Positions 11,160 to 21,803 of a stretch of 64,000 nt of DNA are shown piece after piece. The notes beneath the pieces were generated by a model that was given only the letters and a program-made list of their open reading frames with translations, was not told where the DNA came from and did no database searches. The position numbers were made by a program, and so were the translations under genes. The DNA is from Wickerhamiella versatilis (lineage: Eukaryota), in assembly GCA_030867685.1 (NCBI GenBank), contig JAQOWU010000007.1, positions 2,542,001 to 2,606,000 of the forward strand, written 5' to 3'. Position 1 is the stretch's first letter. Each line of letters opens with the position of its first letter.

Positions 11160-12374
11160 ATGACGATTCAGCCAAAGAAAGTACTAATTAGCGGTGCAGG
11201 CATAGTTGGTCTTTTGACTGCACAAGCTCTCAAAAAGAGAGGTATTGAGTATGTGATATTCGACCGAGACGTCGATGTAAATTTTAGGGAGGGAGCCGGC
11301 TGGGCAATCACATTATACTGGGCTCTAGATACTTTCATGTCTTTGTTGCCTCCCGAAATTGCTGAAGATGTTTATGATGCACAAGTACGTCAAGACTTCC
11401 ACAGGCACGATACAGGAAAATTCAAAGTAATTGATGCTAGTAATGGTGAATCTATTCTATCGATCCCGCCTTCCAATTCTAGATTGCGGGTAAGGCGTGA
11501 GCAGATAAGGCGGATCCTGCTTAAAGGCATTGATGTCCAGTGGAACTGCAAACTCACGGAAATCTCAGAAACCAGTGATAGCATTACTGTCAAGTGTAGC
11601 TCTGGTCGAGAATTTAAAGGAGACGTGCTTTTGGGATGTGATGGCTCCAACTCCGCAACTCGCAAGATTATTTGTGGTGAGAATGGGGTACTCAATCAGT
11701 TACCTTTTAGGTTTTGTGGCGCAAAAGTAAAAATGACGGGGAAAGAGATAGAAGGTATCTCCTCTCGCTTTGACCCACTTTTATTTATGGGAAATATTCC
11801 ATCAAATGAAACCTTTTTTTGGTTCTCAATGCTTGCAGCTCCCGATTACACCAAACAGGAAGATTTATATTATGCACAAGTTAATTTGTCATGGAAAGTC
11901 GACGACAAAGAAGAACCATTCGATACAAATGAAGATAAAGCTGCTGCGATGTTGAAGCGAGCAAATGGGCTTCATCCTGATCTCTATGCATTGGTGATTC
12001 GTACAATCCAGGATCCGCGTCAATTAGTTGAGGTCAAATTAGCTGATTGGCCACAGGTACAGTGGGATACTATGAATCACAAGGTACTGCTACTTGGAGA
12101 TGCAGCTCATGCTATGACTATGTATAGAGGAGAGGCTGCCAACCAGGGAATTACTGATGTAGCAGAGTTAATGCAACAGCTAGATCTGTACCAGGCAGAT
12201 AAGATACCATGGAGTGAGTTAGTGGCTAATTACTGTTATCGCGTGAAAAATAGGACGAGTGAGGCGGTGTTACGCTCCCGCAAGGCGTGTATTGATGCAC
12301 ATGACAGGACCAAAATGAGAGCTGATTCTGACTCCCCTTTGTTATGGATGAGAAGGAAGTTTGTTGATATGTAG
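11160..12374 (+). CDS. FAD-dependent monooxygenase (UbiH/salicylate hydroxylase-like)
   Basis: GAGIVG, GCDGSNS, LLGDAAHAM and GANQG-like motifs. Confidence 0.9.
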   Translation: MTIQPKKVLISGAGIVGLLTAQALKKRGIEYVIFDRDVDVNFREGAGWAITLYWALDTFMSLLPPEIAEDVYDAQVRQDFHRHDTGKFKVIDASNGESILSIPPSNSRLRVRREQIRRILLKGIDVQWNCKLTEISETSDSITVKCSSGREFKGDVLLGCDGSNSATRKIICGENGVLNQLPFRFCGAKVKMTGKEIEGISSRFDPLLFMGNIPSNETFFWFSMLAAPDYTKQEDLYYAQVNLSWKVDDKEEPFDTNEDKAAAMLKRANGLHPDLYALVIRTIQDPRQLVEVKLADWPQVQWDTMNHKVLLLGDAAHAMTMYRGEAANQGITDVAELMQQLDLYQADKIPWSELVANYCYRVKNRTSEAVLRSRKACIDAHDRTKMRADSDSPLLWMRRKFVDM

Positions 12375-13224
12375 GAATATATATTTGCAAATTCTCTTTG
12401 ACTATATACGCTATAATCATGCTTGGATATTCTAGTTATTTTGTCCAAAAAAATTACCTAAACACCAGCCACTTCTGGTAAGTCTCGTGTGGTTGCGTTA
12501 TACTTTGTCTGACAAGGAGCATCTGCAGTGGGTTTTCGCTATATAGACAATACGTATTAATGTAGAAAATATTCTCTCGGACCGTGCTTAAAGTAATCCA
12601 GCAGACTGTCTATGGTTATATAATCAAACAGAATTCCCATCTAGTGATAGAGATATCGTGGTCACTTAACTGCCCAGTCACGTAGACCAACCATGAATGA
12701 AATTGGTACTCGACTGGGACCCTAGCGTCCATTTACAGAAAAGCAATGTGTAGATGGGCCATCTTGCTGAAATTGGAGCTCTATATCTCTATAAGCTTTC
12801 CAGCTGAGTCTTTCGAATCGAAATTATTATGTGCAAGCTCGTCAGAACTTCATCTTATTAATTTATGATGAGATGACTAGCCAATGTTATAGTGCGAACA
12901 ATAGAAGAACTATTTATTTCCTCCTACCTCTATATTCTTAATCCAACCGACTCAAGAAATAAGCAAGAAAATCTAGATTTCTCAACCCCCTCAGACAAAA
13001 TAGTCCTCTCATTAGCACCTTCCTCTCAACCTACTTCTGATCTGAACACTAAACCTACTACTATTGTCGCGTGTTATTGGGTATTTGTAAATTTCTAAGG
13101 TAAATTGTATGAGCATTATTTCCCCGGTGATTTTAAGTTACAACATTATCTATTGCTCTTGTAATACACCAGTAACTGCAGCATCATGCGGGGATAATAG
13201 CAATAACGTAAGCTCATTTATTAA

Positions 13225-13246
13225 GGCTATCTTGCGTTGTCCAATC
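13225..13246 (-). repeat. 41-bp dispersed repeat, partial
   Basis: Reverse complement reads gattggacaacgcaagatagcc. Confidence 0.8.
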
Positions 13247-13291
13247 AAAGCCGCCCATCATCAAAGTCCCTTACGATACCGAATATAGACG

Positions 13292-15004
13292 ATGCTATTG
13301 ATTCCATGTATCACTGTTTTAGTTACACTGATAGAGTTCGCTACTGCAGCCACATCAGAGATTACTATTGATGACGATCTCTTATTCAACAGCCTTAAAT
13401 CTGGCGCATACGGCTATTCGATTGAGGCAGAAAGTATATTAAACGTTACAAAAACTGAGCTTGCTAGAGGCTTATTTGCCTCTATCAGAAGAATCGCAGG
13501 ATCTTCACCTCCCCTGCGAATGGGTGGAATCACAAACGACTATGTCATTGTCGACCCAGATCAGGATGAAGTGCACAAGACAGTAGGCAGTCATATTTCT
13601 GTCCGAGAAAAATGGTTTCATACCTGGGGTGACTATTGGCTGAACGATACAAAAATTATCTACACTACTAATTTCCAAGATGATAACAATGAGTGGGGGA
13701 ACGGCACTCAGCTTGCAGAATGGGCAGTAGGGAGTCTTGGTGACCGCCTCGAGGCGCTTGAATTAGGAAATGAACCCGATCACTATGAATGGGGGGATAA
13801 TCCAACCAATGAGTATGTTGCTAGATTTTTCAAGTTTTACGATAAACTGCAGAATCAGACGTGGTGGAGAGGCACTTCGATACATGCAGCTGTGTTTGCC
13901 GATCCACCGGGATTCCCAAGCATAGCATTTTATCCTGGCATGACTATTGAAAACGCTATAGACAATGGACTTAAAGATCCTAGTTTTTCCGCATATGTCA
14001 CACACAATTACCCGTTGACGGTGTGCTTTCAAGATCATCCTGAGGCTAAAGCATACCTGACTGTTGAAACTCTTTCGAACCATGATGTCGTCTGGTCAAA
14101 TATCAGCCAATTCATCCCTACTGCATCATTGGCTTTAAGCCAAAATGCGCCGTTAATAATTGGAGAAACTAATACAGCTGCTTGTAGAGGGCGAAGTGGA
14201 ATTTCAGATACAATGGCTGCAGCGCTATGGGGAGTAGATTATGCACTAACTGCCGCAGCTTTCGGAATACCCCAAGTCTACTGGCACTTGCATGCGAAAA
14301 GTGACTATTCTGCGTTTATTCCGCTAGACTACGATATTGATGGACATCATATCCAGCATGGCGTGAGAGCAAACTTTTATGGTCATTTTTTCCTGGCCCA
14401 TGTGATTTCAGGAAGCAATCAGTATAAAATCGCTGCCCTCCCGAATGCTAATGATACCGATTTTAGTGGTTTTGGCGTCTTCAATTCCAATTCTAGTGAA
14501 TCACTCCGGAAGTTAGTATTTGTGGATTTGGGGATTTGGAATACCTCAGAGCCTTATACTTCAAGTCTAGTAGCGAACCCTGAGTACAACAATTCTAGGT
14601 ACGTTTCCAATGGCAGTCGGCCTGTCCGTGACATATTTGTTACTACTCCTTGGCAGCAAAATACAAGTGTTGAAGTAATTCGCCTGATGGCAGAGGGTAC
14701 TAATGCGAAATCTGGTGTCAACGTATCTGGCACTACGTTGGATAACGATGACGGGTCAATCCAGGGAGATTTCAGCCCAGAAATATTACAGGTAGGCCAC
14801 AATGGTACTATCAAAATCGAACTACCTCAAGCTGAGGCGGTCTTAGTTCAATTGGGAAACAAGGAAGCTAATGATAGTAGTTCAATGAACCCCTCTAACA
14901 CATCACAAGGAAATGGAAAGAATGCTGCTTATGCTATAGGATGGCATTTTTCGACCAAATCTTTGTTTATGAGCATTCTTCTCCTCCTTTCATACTTTAT
15001 ATAG
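13292..15004 (+). CDS. GH79 beta-glucuronidase-like secreted, GPI-anchored glycoside hydrolase
   Basis: Signal peptide, LRMGG, ELGNEPD, GETNTAACRGRSGISDTMAAALWGVDY, hydrophobic C-terminus. Confidence 0.85.
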   Translation: MLLIPCITVLVTLIEFATAATSEITIDDDLLFNSLKSGAYGYSIEAESILNVTKTELARGLFASIRRIAGSSPPLRMGGITNDYVIVDPDQDEVHKTVGSHISVREKWFHTWGDYWLNDTKIIYTTNFQDDNNEWGNGTQLAEWAVGSLGDRLEALELGNEPDHYEWGDNPTNEYVARFFKFYDKLQNQTWWRGTSIHAAVFADPPGFPSIAFYPGMTIENAIDNGLKDPSFSAYVTHNYPLTVCFQDHPEAKAYLTVETLSNHDVVWSNISQFIPTASLALSQNAPLIIGETNTAACRGRSGISDTMAAALWGVDYALTAAAFGIPQVYWHLHAKSDYSAFIPLDYDIDGHHIQHGVRANFYGHFFLAHVISGSNQYKIAALPNANDTDFSGFGVFNSNSSESLRKLVFVDLGIWNTSEPYTSSLVANPEYNNSRYVSNGSRPVRDIFVTTPWQQNTSVEVIRLMAEGTNAKSGVNVSGTTLDNDDGSIQGDFSPEILQVGHNGTIKIELPQAEAVLVQLGNKEANDSSSMNPSNTSQGNGKNAAYAIGWHFSTKSLFMSILLLLSYFI

Positions 15005-15052
15005 CGAATGGTATATAATATATCGAATGGCGTGTATTATAGTTTTATGTGA

Positions 15053-15075
15053 GCTATCTTGCAAGATAGCCCACT
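15053..15075. repeat. Head-to-head fusion of two repeat right arms (18-bp palindrome)
   Basis: gctatcttgcaagatagc followed by ccact. Confidence 0.85.
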
Positions 15076-15245
15076 CGCATATTGGATCGGTGATGTTTGC
15101 CTCCTATCATAGTATAATTAGCAGCCATCTGGTGTATCCCTAGATCGACAGCTATTCAAGCACATGGTCAGCTGGATATAAATACGGCTCACTTTCAAGA
15201 GGAGAAAGAATTTTTGGCTACTACAGCTATAAAATATAAAATGAC

Positions 15246-16361
15246 TTATAAGGCCGCAATTCCGCCACTGGGAATGACCTGGTAATCTGATTCACCGGGG
15301 TTGAAGTTTGCCTGAGCAATACCAACTTTAGAGTTTTCCAGATCATAAACAACATACGCAGACCTTAGGAAGGAGTCGCCCAATACAACCATACCGCCCT
15401 CAAAAGAAGACGGAAATATGGTAAGCCACTTATCGTCATTACCAATAACTATTTCCCTCCATAACTCAGATGGAGGCACGGTAACATTAACTCCTTTGAA
15501 ATTGAATTCAAGGCCTCGGTCGGGTATTGGATCCGGTGCTTTCCAAAGTTCATATGATGCATTATATTCAGTAGATCCGAAACTTTCCGCAACTTTCTTT
15601 AGAGTATCAGAAGGAAGAGTTGTATAGGAAGTTCCAGTATCAATGAATCCAGCTAATTTGTCTCCAAGGATAGTATAGTCAAGTCTGTGTTGGATTTCTT
15701 CAGAATTCGACCAAAGGTATAGGTCTTGAACTGCAAGGTCTCCTACATATCGAGACTTATCAATGGCACCAAAAACCAACTCACCATTCGTATCATTGAT
15801 AGGTCCAAACGCAATAGAGTATGTAACTGCATTGATTATACCAGCATCCTTCAAAGCGTATGGATAATTGGGGTAATCTGTGAGAAGAGCTTGCAAATCA
15901 TTGAAGCCAATGCCAAAGGTACCATGAGGCGTGCCAGCATCATAAGAGGTATCAACACCAAATTGACAGTTCACTACGGCATCACCCCAAGTGATGTTGT
16001 CCTTCCAATAATCGCCACTGGCAAATGTGCCATCAGCGTAAAAAATTGTAAATGAGCCACTAACGAACTCTGATGTATCCGACTTACTAGGATTATAATG
16101 TGTGGCAGCGCTTTCGCTGTTGTAAACCCACAAATCCGAAGAGTCAGTGTCTATGGACACATTGACCTTCTGCGGGGGATTTCCGATTTCAAGAATGGTC
16201 ATATATTCCCACTGGAGGTTCTGGGCTGGGCCACTAACGGGAACTGCTCTCTTTTTACTGATTTTATGAGGGGCTGCCATCTTCTCAACTGGCATAGAAA
16301 CGAAGCCAGTGGAGGCAGTGGCGAGAGCAATTGTCGCGGCAAGGGCAGGTAAACGAGGCAT
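15246..16361 (-). CDS. Secreted aspartic protease (SAP/yapsin-like); first catalytic motif is DTD rather than DTG
   Basis: Prepro with KKR, IGNPPQ, DTDSSDLWV, YADGT, DTGTS, LGDSFLRSAYVVYDL. Confidence 0.9.
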   Translation of the reverse strand: MPRLPALAATIALATASTGFVSMPVEKMAAPHKISKKRAVPVSGPAQNLQWEYMTILEIGNPPQKVNVSIDTDSSDLWVYNSESAATHYNPSKSDTSEFVSGSFTIFYADGTFASGDYWKDNITWGDAVVNCQFGVDTSYDAGTPHGTFGIGFNDLQALLTDYPNYPYALKDAGIINAVTYSIAFGPINDTNGELVFGAIDKSRYVGDLAVQDLYLWSNSEEIQHRLDYTILGDKLAGFIDTGTSYTTLPSDTLKKVAESFGSTEYNASYELWKAPDPIPDRGLEFNFKGVNVTVPPSELWREIVIGNDDKWLTIFPSSFEGGMVVLGDSFLRSAYVVYDLENSKVGIAQANFNPGESDYQVIPSGGIAAL

Positions 16362-16858
16362 ATTCTATCCAAGAAATATCTTGAGAAGATATGACCTCTT
16401 ACACTAGGTCAATTGAGCCTTTTAAGTAGTGACCGCTGGTATGTACGTAATCTTTATCTTAGGATTATTGCAGCGCATATCACACAGTATTGTATAAAAT
16501 GAATAGTGTTAGGTTACTGAGGGCAAAGAATCCAGTTTGGTAATTACATTATCTGATATTTTCATGCACCATTAGTATGAGAACTTGCCAAAAGTACATC
16601 TATTGGAAAAACTTAGTGAGTGGTGGCTCGGGTCTTGTAAATCTTATGCATACCAAGCTTATTGGCAGAGTCAGTGTACTTAATAGCTTATAAGCAACTA
16701 AAAATAAGCCTAATGGATACTTAAAATTATCCGACACAGACTTCAGTTTAACCAGGAACCAGAGCCTTTCCCTCAAGACAATGTCGATCATATTGCAAAT
16801 CATCAGTCCGTGGTACCCCAGCCCAGGAAAATCAGGTATATTGGTGATATCCTGCGAA

Positions 16859-16886
16859 AAGTGGGCTATCTTGCATTGTCCAACCA
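16859..16886 (-). repeat. 41-bp dispersed repeat, 28-nt perfect part
   Basis: aagtgggctatcttgcattgtccaacca. Confidence 0.9.
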
Positions 16887-16909
16887 TTCGCAAGTGGCCA
16901 ATATCAACT

Positions 16910-17257
16910 CTATAGAAGAAAGCAGAAAAAGCAAGATAAATATCGGAACTCCAGCAAAACACCAAAAAAGATATAACCACTAGCGACAAACACTTTGAAT
17001 ATAGTCATAAATGGCTGATAAAAATCTTTACATTCAGCCAGATCATTGCAAGCATCGTTTCTCAAAACGCTCTCTATAGCCATGGTAGCAATACAGAGCA
17101 AAGCTATAAGCATACCAAAAGCAAACATGAACTTGCCTATATCATCACTCGGATCTTTTATGGATTCTACTGCACTGTAAGTACAATAGAGTGATGAAAA
17201 AATTATCAGGATGATTATTCCATCCCGCGAGGTGCTGATAGCTCTCAAGGAGAACAT
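16910..17257 (-). CDS. Small orphan membrane protein (about 3 TM segments)
   Basis: 115-aa ATG ORF with three hydrophobic stretches, bracketed by repeat copies. Confidence 0.45.
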   Translation of the reverse strand: MFSLRAISTSRDGIIILIIFSSLYCTYSAVESIKDPSDDIGKFMFAFGMLIALLCIATMAIESVLRNDACNDLAECKDFYQPFMTIFKVFVASGYIFFGVLLEFRYLSCFFCFLL

Positions 17258-17326
17258 ACTTGTTGTGATTATCCAGGACGGTACCTCTACTAACTAACAG
17301 AATGATACTGTAACTTGTTTTAATTA

Positions 17327-17343
17327 GGTTGGACAATCCAACC
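17327..17343. repeat. Repeat fragment with fold-back
   Basis: ggttgga-caa-tccaacc. Confidence 0.6.
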
Positions 17344-17345
17344 AA

Positions 17346-17559
17346 CCACTCCATGATGAGCATCCTGGCCAGATTCGAGCTCACATATGATCAGTGCTTA
17401 TACCGATGTCATTTTGTTGGTTACCAAGCTGACCAAGCCTTGCAGGTCGGTCATATAAGCGGAGTATCATATAATACACAGATTTGTGTGGGTCGCAAAT
17501 CACGCTAATAGCAGATAATGGGTGGGTTGCCTTTGAATAAAGTTGCAATTGTTACTGGT
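17346..17559 (+). pseudogene. Diverged duplicate of 5329-5563: SDR upstream region plus first 14 codons
   Basis: Colinear similarity to 5329-5563; ATG 17518 MGGLPLNKVAIVTG then runs straight into the repeat. Confidence 0.85.
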
Positions 17560-17568
17560 TGGACAATG
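17554..17568 (+). repeat. 41-bp repeat fragment at the SDR truncation point
   Basis: actggttggacaatg. Confidence 0.8.
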
Positions 17569-18739
17569 TAATACACTAAACCCCTGGAATTCCCATACCA
17601 CGAACCTTCTTGTTGTTACTGCTAGAGATGCTGCAGGCCAAGATCACATCTTGCACAGTCATGGCTCATTCCACACTAAACCTAGCGACCACCATCAAAA
17701 TAGTGTCTATGAAAACCAGGAATTGGTATCTAAAATTCTATAATGCAAGAATTGCTGAAGTAGATTACATGATATATCTTAGAAGTAGATAGCCCAATCG
17801 ATTGAATTGATAACTGGCGCCTTGTCTGTACGAGATGTCGAGCACTTGCTATTCGACTATCAGCATCCAAATCGGCTAACGCTGATAACGACCATATATA
17901 TAAATACAAGCAACGTTTGGATAAAATTGCATACTCAAATCTATGATTTCTCAAAAGTTACTTGTGGGGCTTTGAGAATAGAGGAGAAGCTTGTTTCAAC
18001 CACGGCTATATTAAGCTGGTCAGAGACCATCTTGATGTCTAGTATCCCAAATATTCTTTAAATTCACATCAGTACATCACATTGTTATTTAACACTAATT
18101 TTCAGGGCGATGAGGAGTTCAGAGGATCTTAGTTCAAGTGTAATTAAGGGCTGTGACACCAAGGATACGGGGCAGATGGAGCCCAGATCACGTTTCATTT
18201 CCTTATGGCATCACGTGTGATAGCGCAATTATTATTAATAAAATATGATAAGGGGGCGGGATATCGCTATGTTGCACTCTCCAACTAGCCGGTTTTTCTT
18301 CTTTCTCTTGGTCCACCATTATACCTCATTTTACTCGATTGCGCTAATTTCTTGTACTGTGTCAAGCTTACACACTCTCTTTATACTCTTAAATTGTCAA
18401 TTTTACCGAACAGATTTAATATTGCTGAACGAAATAACTATTAATAGATAGCTCGCTCATTGTCTAATGTCGTAAATGTTCAGATATATCACACATGGAG
18501 ATAAATGCATTTATTCAGCGGTTTAATGTGTAGAAACTGGGATGTCCAAGAATCTATCTCGCCACATTATACAGGGCAATAAAAGACGGCTACTTGGCCC
18601 TCTGAGACTCTTAGATTAGTTAGAGAGTTATAAAGATATAGTAGCTTTGGGCTGAACTCACCCGTTAAAGGTTTTATGGCGAAAAATAGTGAGGTTTAGC
18701 AGTAGTATTCGAAAAAAAAAGTATAACTTATTACGTAGA

Positions 18740-19795
18740 CTAGAGTTTTTTGAGAAGGTACTGAACTACAGACTCCCTCCGGATTGGTTGAACTATTTTC
18801 GATTCTCTGACTGATTCTGCAGGCTTTGCAGCAAACATCGCATTCACAACAGCTTCCTCTACGGCCTGGACGGCTGCCTCGTAGAATGGATCGAAGTTTT
18901 CATCATTCAGTGATACGATCTTGTCAAACGGTCCTCTGAGCTGCGGCAACGGCATTTTATTGGCAGTAGAAAAGGCCATAAAGATATCACCTGATCCATT
19001 TCCGCCGACAGTTCCGCCACGGCCAATTCCAATAGAGCCTCTTTTGGCCATCCGTCTTAACTGGTGAGGCATCATAGGTGCATCCGTGGCAATAATGACG
19101 ATTATAGAACCCTTATCACCAGCCGGTGTGCTTACGGGTCCAGACACATCCACAGGTATTTCTTGGCCAAGAATACGAAGCCATGGGCGGGAGCCATGGT
19201 TCGCTTGGACCAATACACCAATGGTGTATGCTTCGCCCTTAAAATCAACTACTCTCGAAGACGTACCAGTCCCCCCTTTGAATTGATAGCAGACCATTCC
19301 AGCGCCACCACCGACGTTTCCCTCGTCCACAGGCCCTGTTTTAGAATTGGATATGGCTTTAAGTGCAGTTTCTTCAGTGACATGTAAGCCTAAAATATCG
19401 TTGCAGTATCCATCCCACGTTTCTCCAACCACGGGCATTAACCAAATATAGTTTTCCTCGAGCAATTTACGATGTTTCTCTATAAGCCAGTGTTCTATTG
19501 CGGAATGAACGCGGCCCACACTATGTGTGTTAGTGATCCCTATGGGACCTACAAAGTAACCACCATCCTCAATCCAGTGCGTACCAGTCAGTTCGCCATT
19601 CCCATTAAATGCGTGGAATCCTGCAAAGCATGGACTAAGAGCATCACTTTGGCCACGCGGGAAAACTATAGTCACCCCTGTTAGGACGCCAGCTCTTGTG
19701 ATGGTTTCATAGCCTACCTCGACACCGGGAACATCGGTTATTGCATTCCAGGTCCCCGTGTTTCCAGGAAAGGGCAAAAAGTCTCTCGCGCGCAT
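18740..19795 (-). CDS. dmpA: DmpA-like L-aminopeptidase/D-esterase (peptidase S58), bacterial type
   Basis: NAITDVPGVEVG, NGNGELTG, ITNTHSVG, EGNVGGG, FKGGTGTSSR, G-S cleavage site in DKGSII, SGDIF. Confidence 0.85.
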   Translation of the reverse strand: MRARDFLPFPGNTGTWNAITDVPGVEVGYETITRAGVLTGVTIVFPRGQSDALSPCFAGFHAFNGNGELTGTHWIEDGGYFVGPIGITNTHSVGRVHSAIEHWLIEKHRKLLEENYIWLMPVVGETWDGYCNDILGLHVTEETALKAISNSKTGPVDEGNVGGGAGMVCYQFKGGTGTSSRVVDFKGEAYTIGVLVQANHGSRPWLRILGQEIPVDVSGPVSTPAGDKGSIIVIIATDAPMMPHQLRRMAKRGSIGIGRGGTVGGNGSGDIFMAFSTANKMPLPQLRGPFDKIVSLNDENFDPFYEAAVQAVEEAVVNAMFAAKPAESVRESKIVQPIRRESVVQYLLKKL

Positions 19796-20091
19796 ATCAG
19801 AAGACGCAGTCAAAGTTCTGTCCAAGGCGCTAAAACGACAACCAGTTACTAATCATTTAATTTCCAGGCTTAGGGGGGCGCTTATCTCGCGACTTTATGC
19901 ATGTCCCACCAGTATTTTTCTCGGTTTCTTCACCAATTGATTTGATATGAGCTGATAGCTTGTTATTGTTCGTGCAATATAACACCAAAATAAGTATAGA
20001 GCTTCCATTTCCCTATCAATTGCTTAATTGCACCATCATTTAGCAGCAGCCACATTTCAGGTTAATCTTAGCGATGATTATCTAAAAGGTA

Positions 20092-20106
20092 CTATCTTGC
20101 ATTGTC
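20092..20106 (-). repeat. 41-bp repeat fragment
   Basis: ctatcttgcattgtc. Confidence 0.7.
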
Positions 20107-20168
20107 AGATTTGCTGCATAAGGTTTTTACAGTATAACTATCATAGAAATTCCCATGAGATACCTATC

Positions 20169-21803
20169 ATGGGTAGCGACATTAACGAACAGATTGCAAA
20201 AGATGATGCTCTTCTGTTGAAGCTAGGCTACAAGCCTGAATTGAAGAGGTCATTCTCCCCATTTCAGGTTTTCGGCATTGCATTCAGTATCATGTCCCTT
20301 GTACCATCAATCGCAAGTTCTATGTCTTATGCGTTGAACTTTGGCGGTATTGGGTTGGTATGGGGTTGGTTTATTCCCTGTATATTTATCATGGTTGTCG
20401 GAATGGCCTTGTCTGAATTTGGTTCCGCTGAACCTACGAGTGGAGGGCTTTATTTTACGGCATTCCGCTATACTCCTGAAAACATTCGCCGGCCTGCAAG
20501 CTTCCTTTGTGGCTATGCTAATACTCTGGGGCTTATTGGTGGTACCTGTGGCATTGGGGACGGCCTGGCAGGTTTGGTTCTCAGTATACCGACGGTAGCT
20601 ACTATGGATGATCAAGGCCAGCCAGGATTCGTTCCCACTAAATTTGAAACGTACGGAGTATTCGTTGGGTTTCTAGTGCTATCATGTATCATCTGTCTGC
20701 TTACAGATGACCTTATGGCTAAACTTCAAACTTTCGCAATATTTCTTAACGTGTTTCTCGTATTTCTAGTGTGCATTGCTGTTCCCATTGGTGCATCGAA
20801 TAAGGGGATTTTGAGAAGTGGGGAGTTCATATTCACTAGCAAACAAAATGAAACTGGTTGGCAAGATGGATGGGCATTTCTTTTGTGTTTCCAAAGTGCT
20901 GTATGGACTATCGGTGCATTTGACTCGAGTATCCATGTTGGCGGTGATAGTGCGCATAATGCGCAAGTTGCTGTGCCTTTCGGAATTATTACATCCATAG
21001 CTGCGTGTTGGGTCCTCGGCTTTGCGGTCATGTGCTGCATTGGCACTGCAATGCCAGATGATTTCACCGAGATTCTGAATTCGGTAATAGGTCAGCCATT
21101 TGCTCAAATCATTTATAATGCCCTCGGAAAAAAATGGGCTATTGCTATCGTTGCACTCATGAGTGTTGCTCAATGGCTCATGTTGATTTCCATTATAGTG
21201 GCTGCCTCCCGTCAGATCTGGGCATTTGCTAGAGATGGTGCACTGCCATTCTCGAGTTATGTTCGTAAAGTACACAAGGCCAGTGGAATACCACGCTACG
21301 CTATCTTGTTCTGTGCGGTTGTTGCATCAGCGATCACTTGTCTTATCATGATAGATGCGACTGCAGGGGCTGCAGTGTTTTCACTAGGTGCATCCTCTAA
21401 TTCGCTCTCCTGGATAATTCCAATCGCAGCACTAAGTTTTGGAAAGCGTGAGGGGTTTGTTCCCGGTCCTTTCTATCTTGGCGACACACTATCACGAGCT
21501 AATGGTGCTTTGGCTACAATTTGGCTGTGCTTTATTGCATTTGTCCTTACTATGATCCCAACAAGCCGACCTGTAGCTCCTGATACTGCAAACTATACTC
21601 CACTTATCAATGGTGTAGTTTGGTTGGGCTGCCTTGCTTATTATTTTATTGATGCAAGGAAATGGTACACTGGTCCTAAGTATACGGCAGATGATTTGGG
21701 TGTGGTACAAGGTGTTGATCCTTGTCAAGGTAGTTCGTTAGATCAGGACATGTCAGCAGGATTGACAAAAGATATGGAGAAGTCATGGGATTATACTGTC
21801 TAA
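20169..21803 (+). CDS. APC amino-acid/GABA permease (UGA4-like)
   Basis: LGYKPELKRSFS..FGIAFSIM, PTSGGLY, SRQIWAFARDGALPFS; multiple TM segments; ATG at 20169. Confidence 0.9.
   Translation: MGSDINEQIAKDDALLLKLGYKPELKRSFSPFQVFGIAFSIMSLVPSIASSMSYALNFGGIGLVWGWFIPCIFIMVVGMALSEFGSAEPTSGGLYFTAFRYTPENIRRPASFLCGYANTLGLIGGTCGIGDGLAGLVLSIPTVATMDDQGQPGFVPTKFETYGVFVGFLVLSCIICLLTDDLMAKLQTFAIFLNVFLVFLVCIAVPIGASNKGILRSGEFIFTSKQNETGWQDGWAFLLCFQSAVWTIGAFDSSIHVGGDSAHNAQVAVPFGIITSIAACWVLGFAVMCCIGTAMPDDFTEILNSVIGQPFAQIIYNALGKKWAIAIVALMSVAQWLMLISIIVAASRQIWAFARDGALPFSSYVRKVHKASGIPRYAILFCAVVASAITCLIMIDATAGAAVFSLGASSNSLSWIIPIAALSFGKREGFVPGPFYLGDTLSRANGALATIWLCFIAFVLTMIPTSRPVAPDTANYTPLINGVVWLGCLAYYFIDARKWYTGPKYTADDLGVVQGVDPCQGSSLDQDMSAGLTKDMEKSWDYTV

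Noticed and set aside
12900-13070. G-poor strand-skewed tract
   Set aside because: No ORF motif or repeat found; cannot assign an organellar or plasmid origin without a search.
20028-20168. TTG/GTG-initiated N-terminal extensions in the ORF track (also at 19825, 23195, 28025, 39768, 48334, 59169)
   Set aside because: Eukaryotic genes; the first plausible ATG was used instead.
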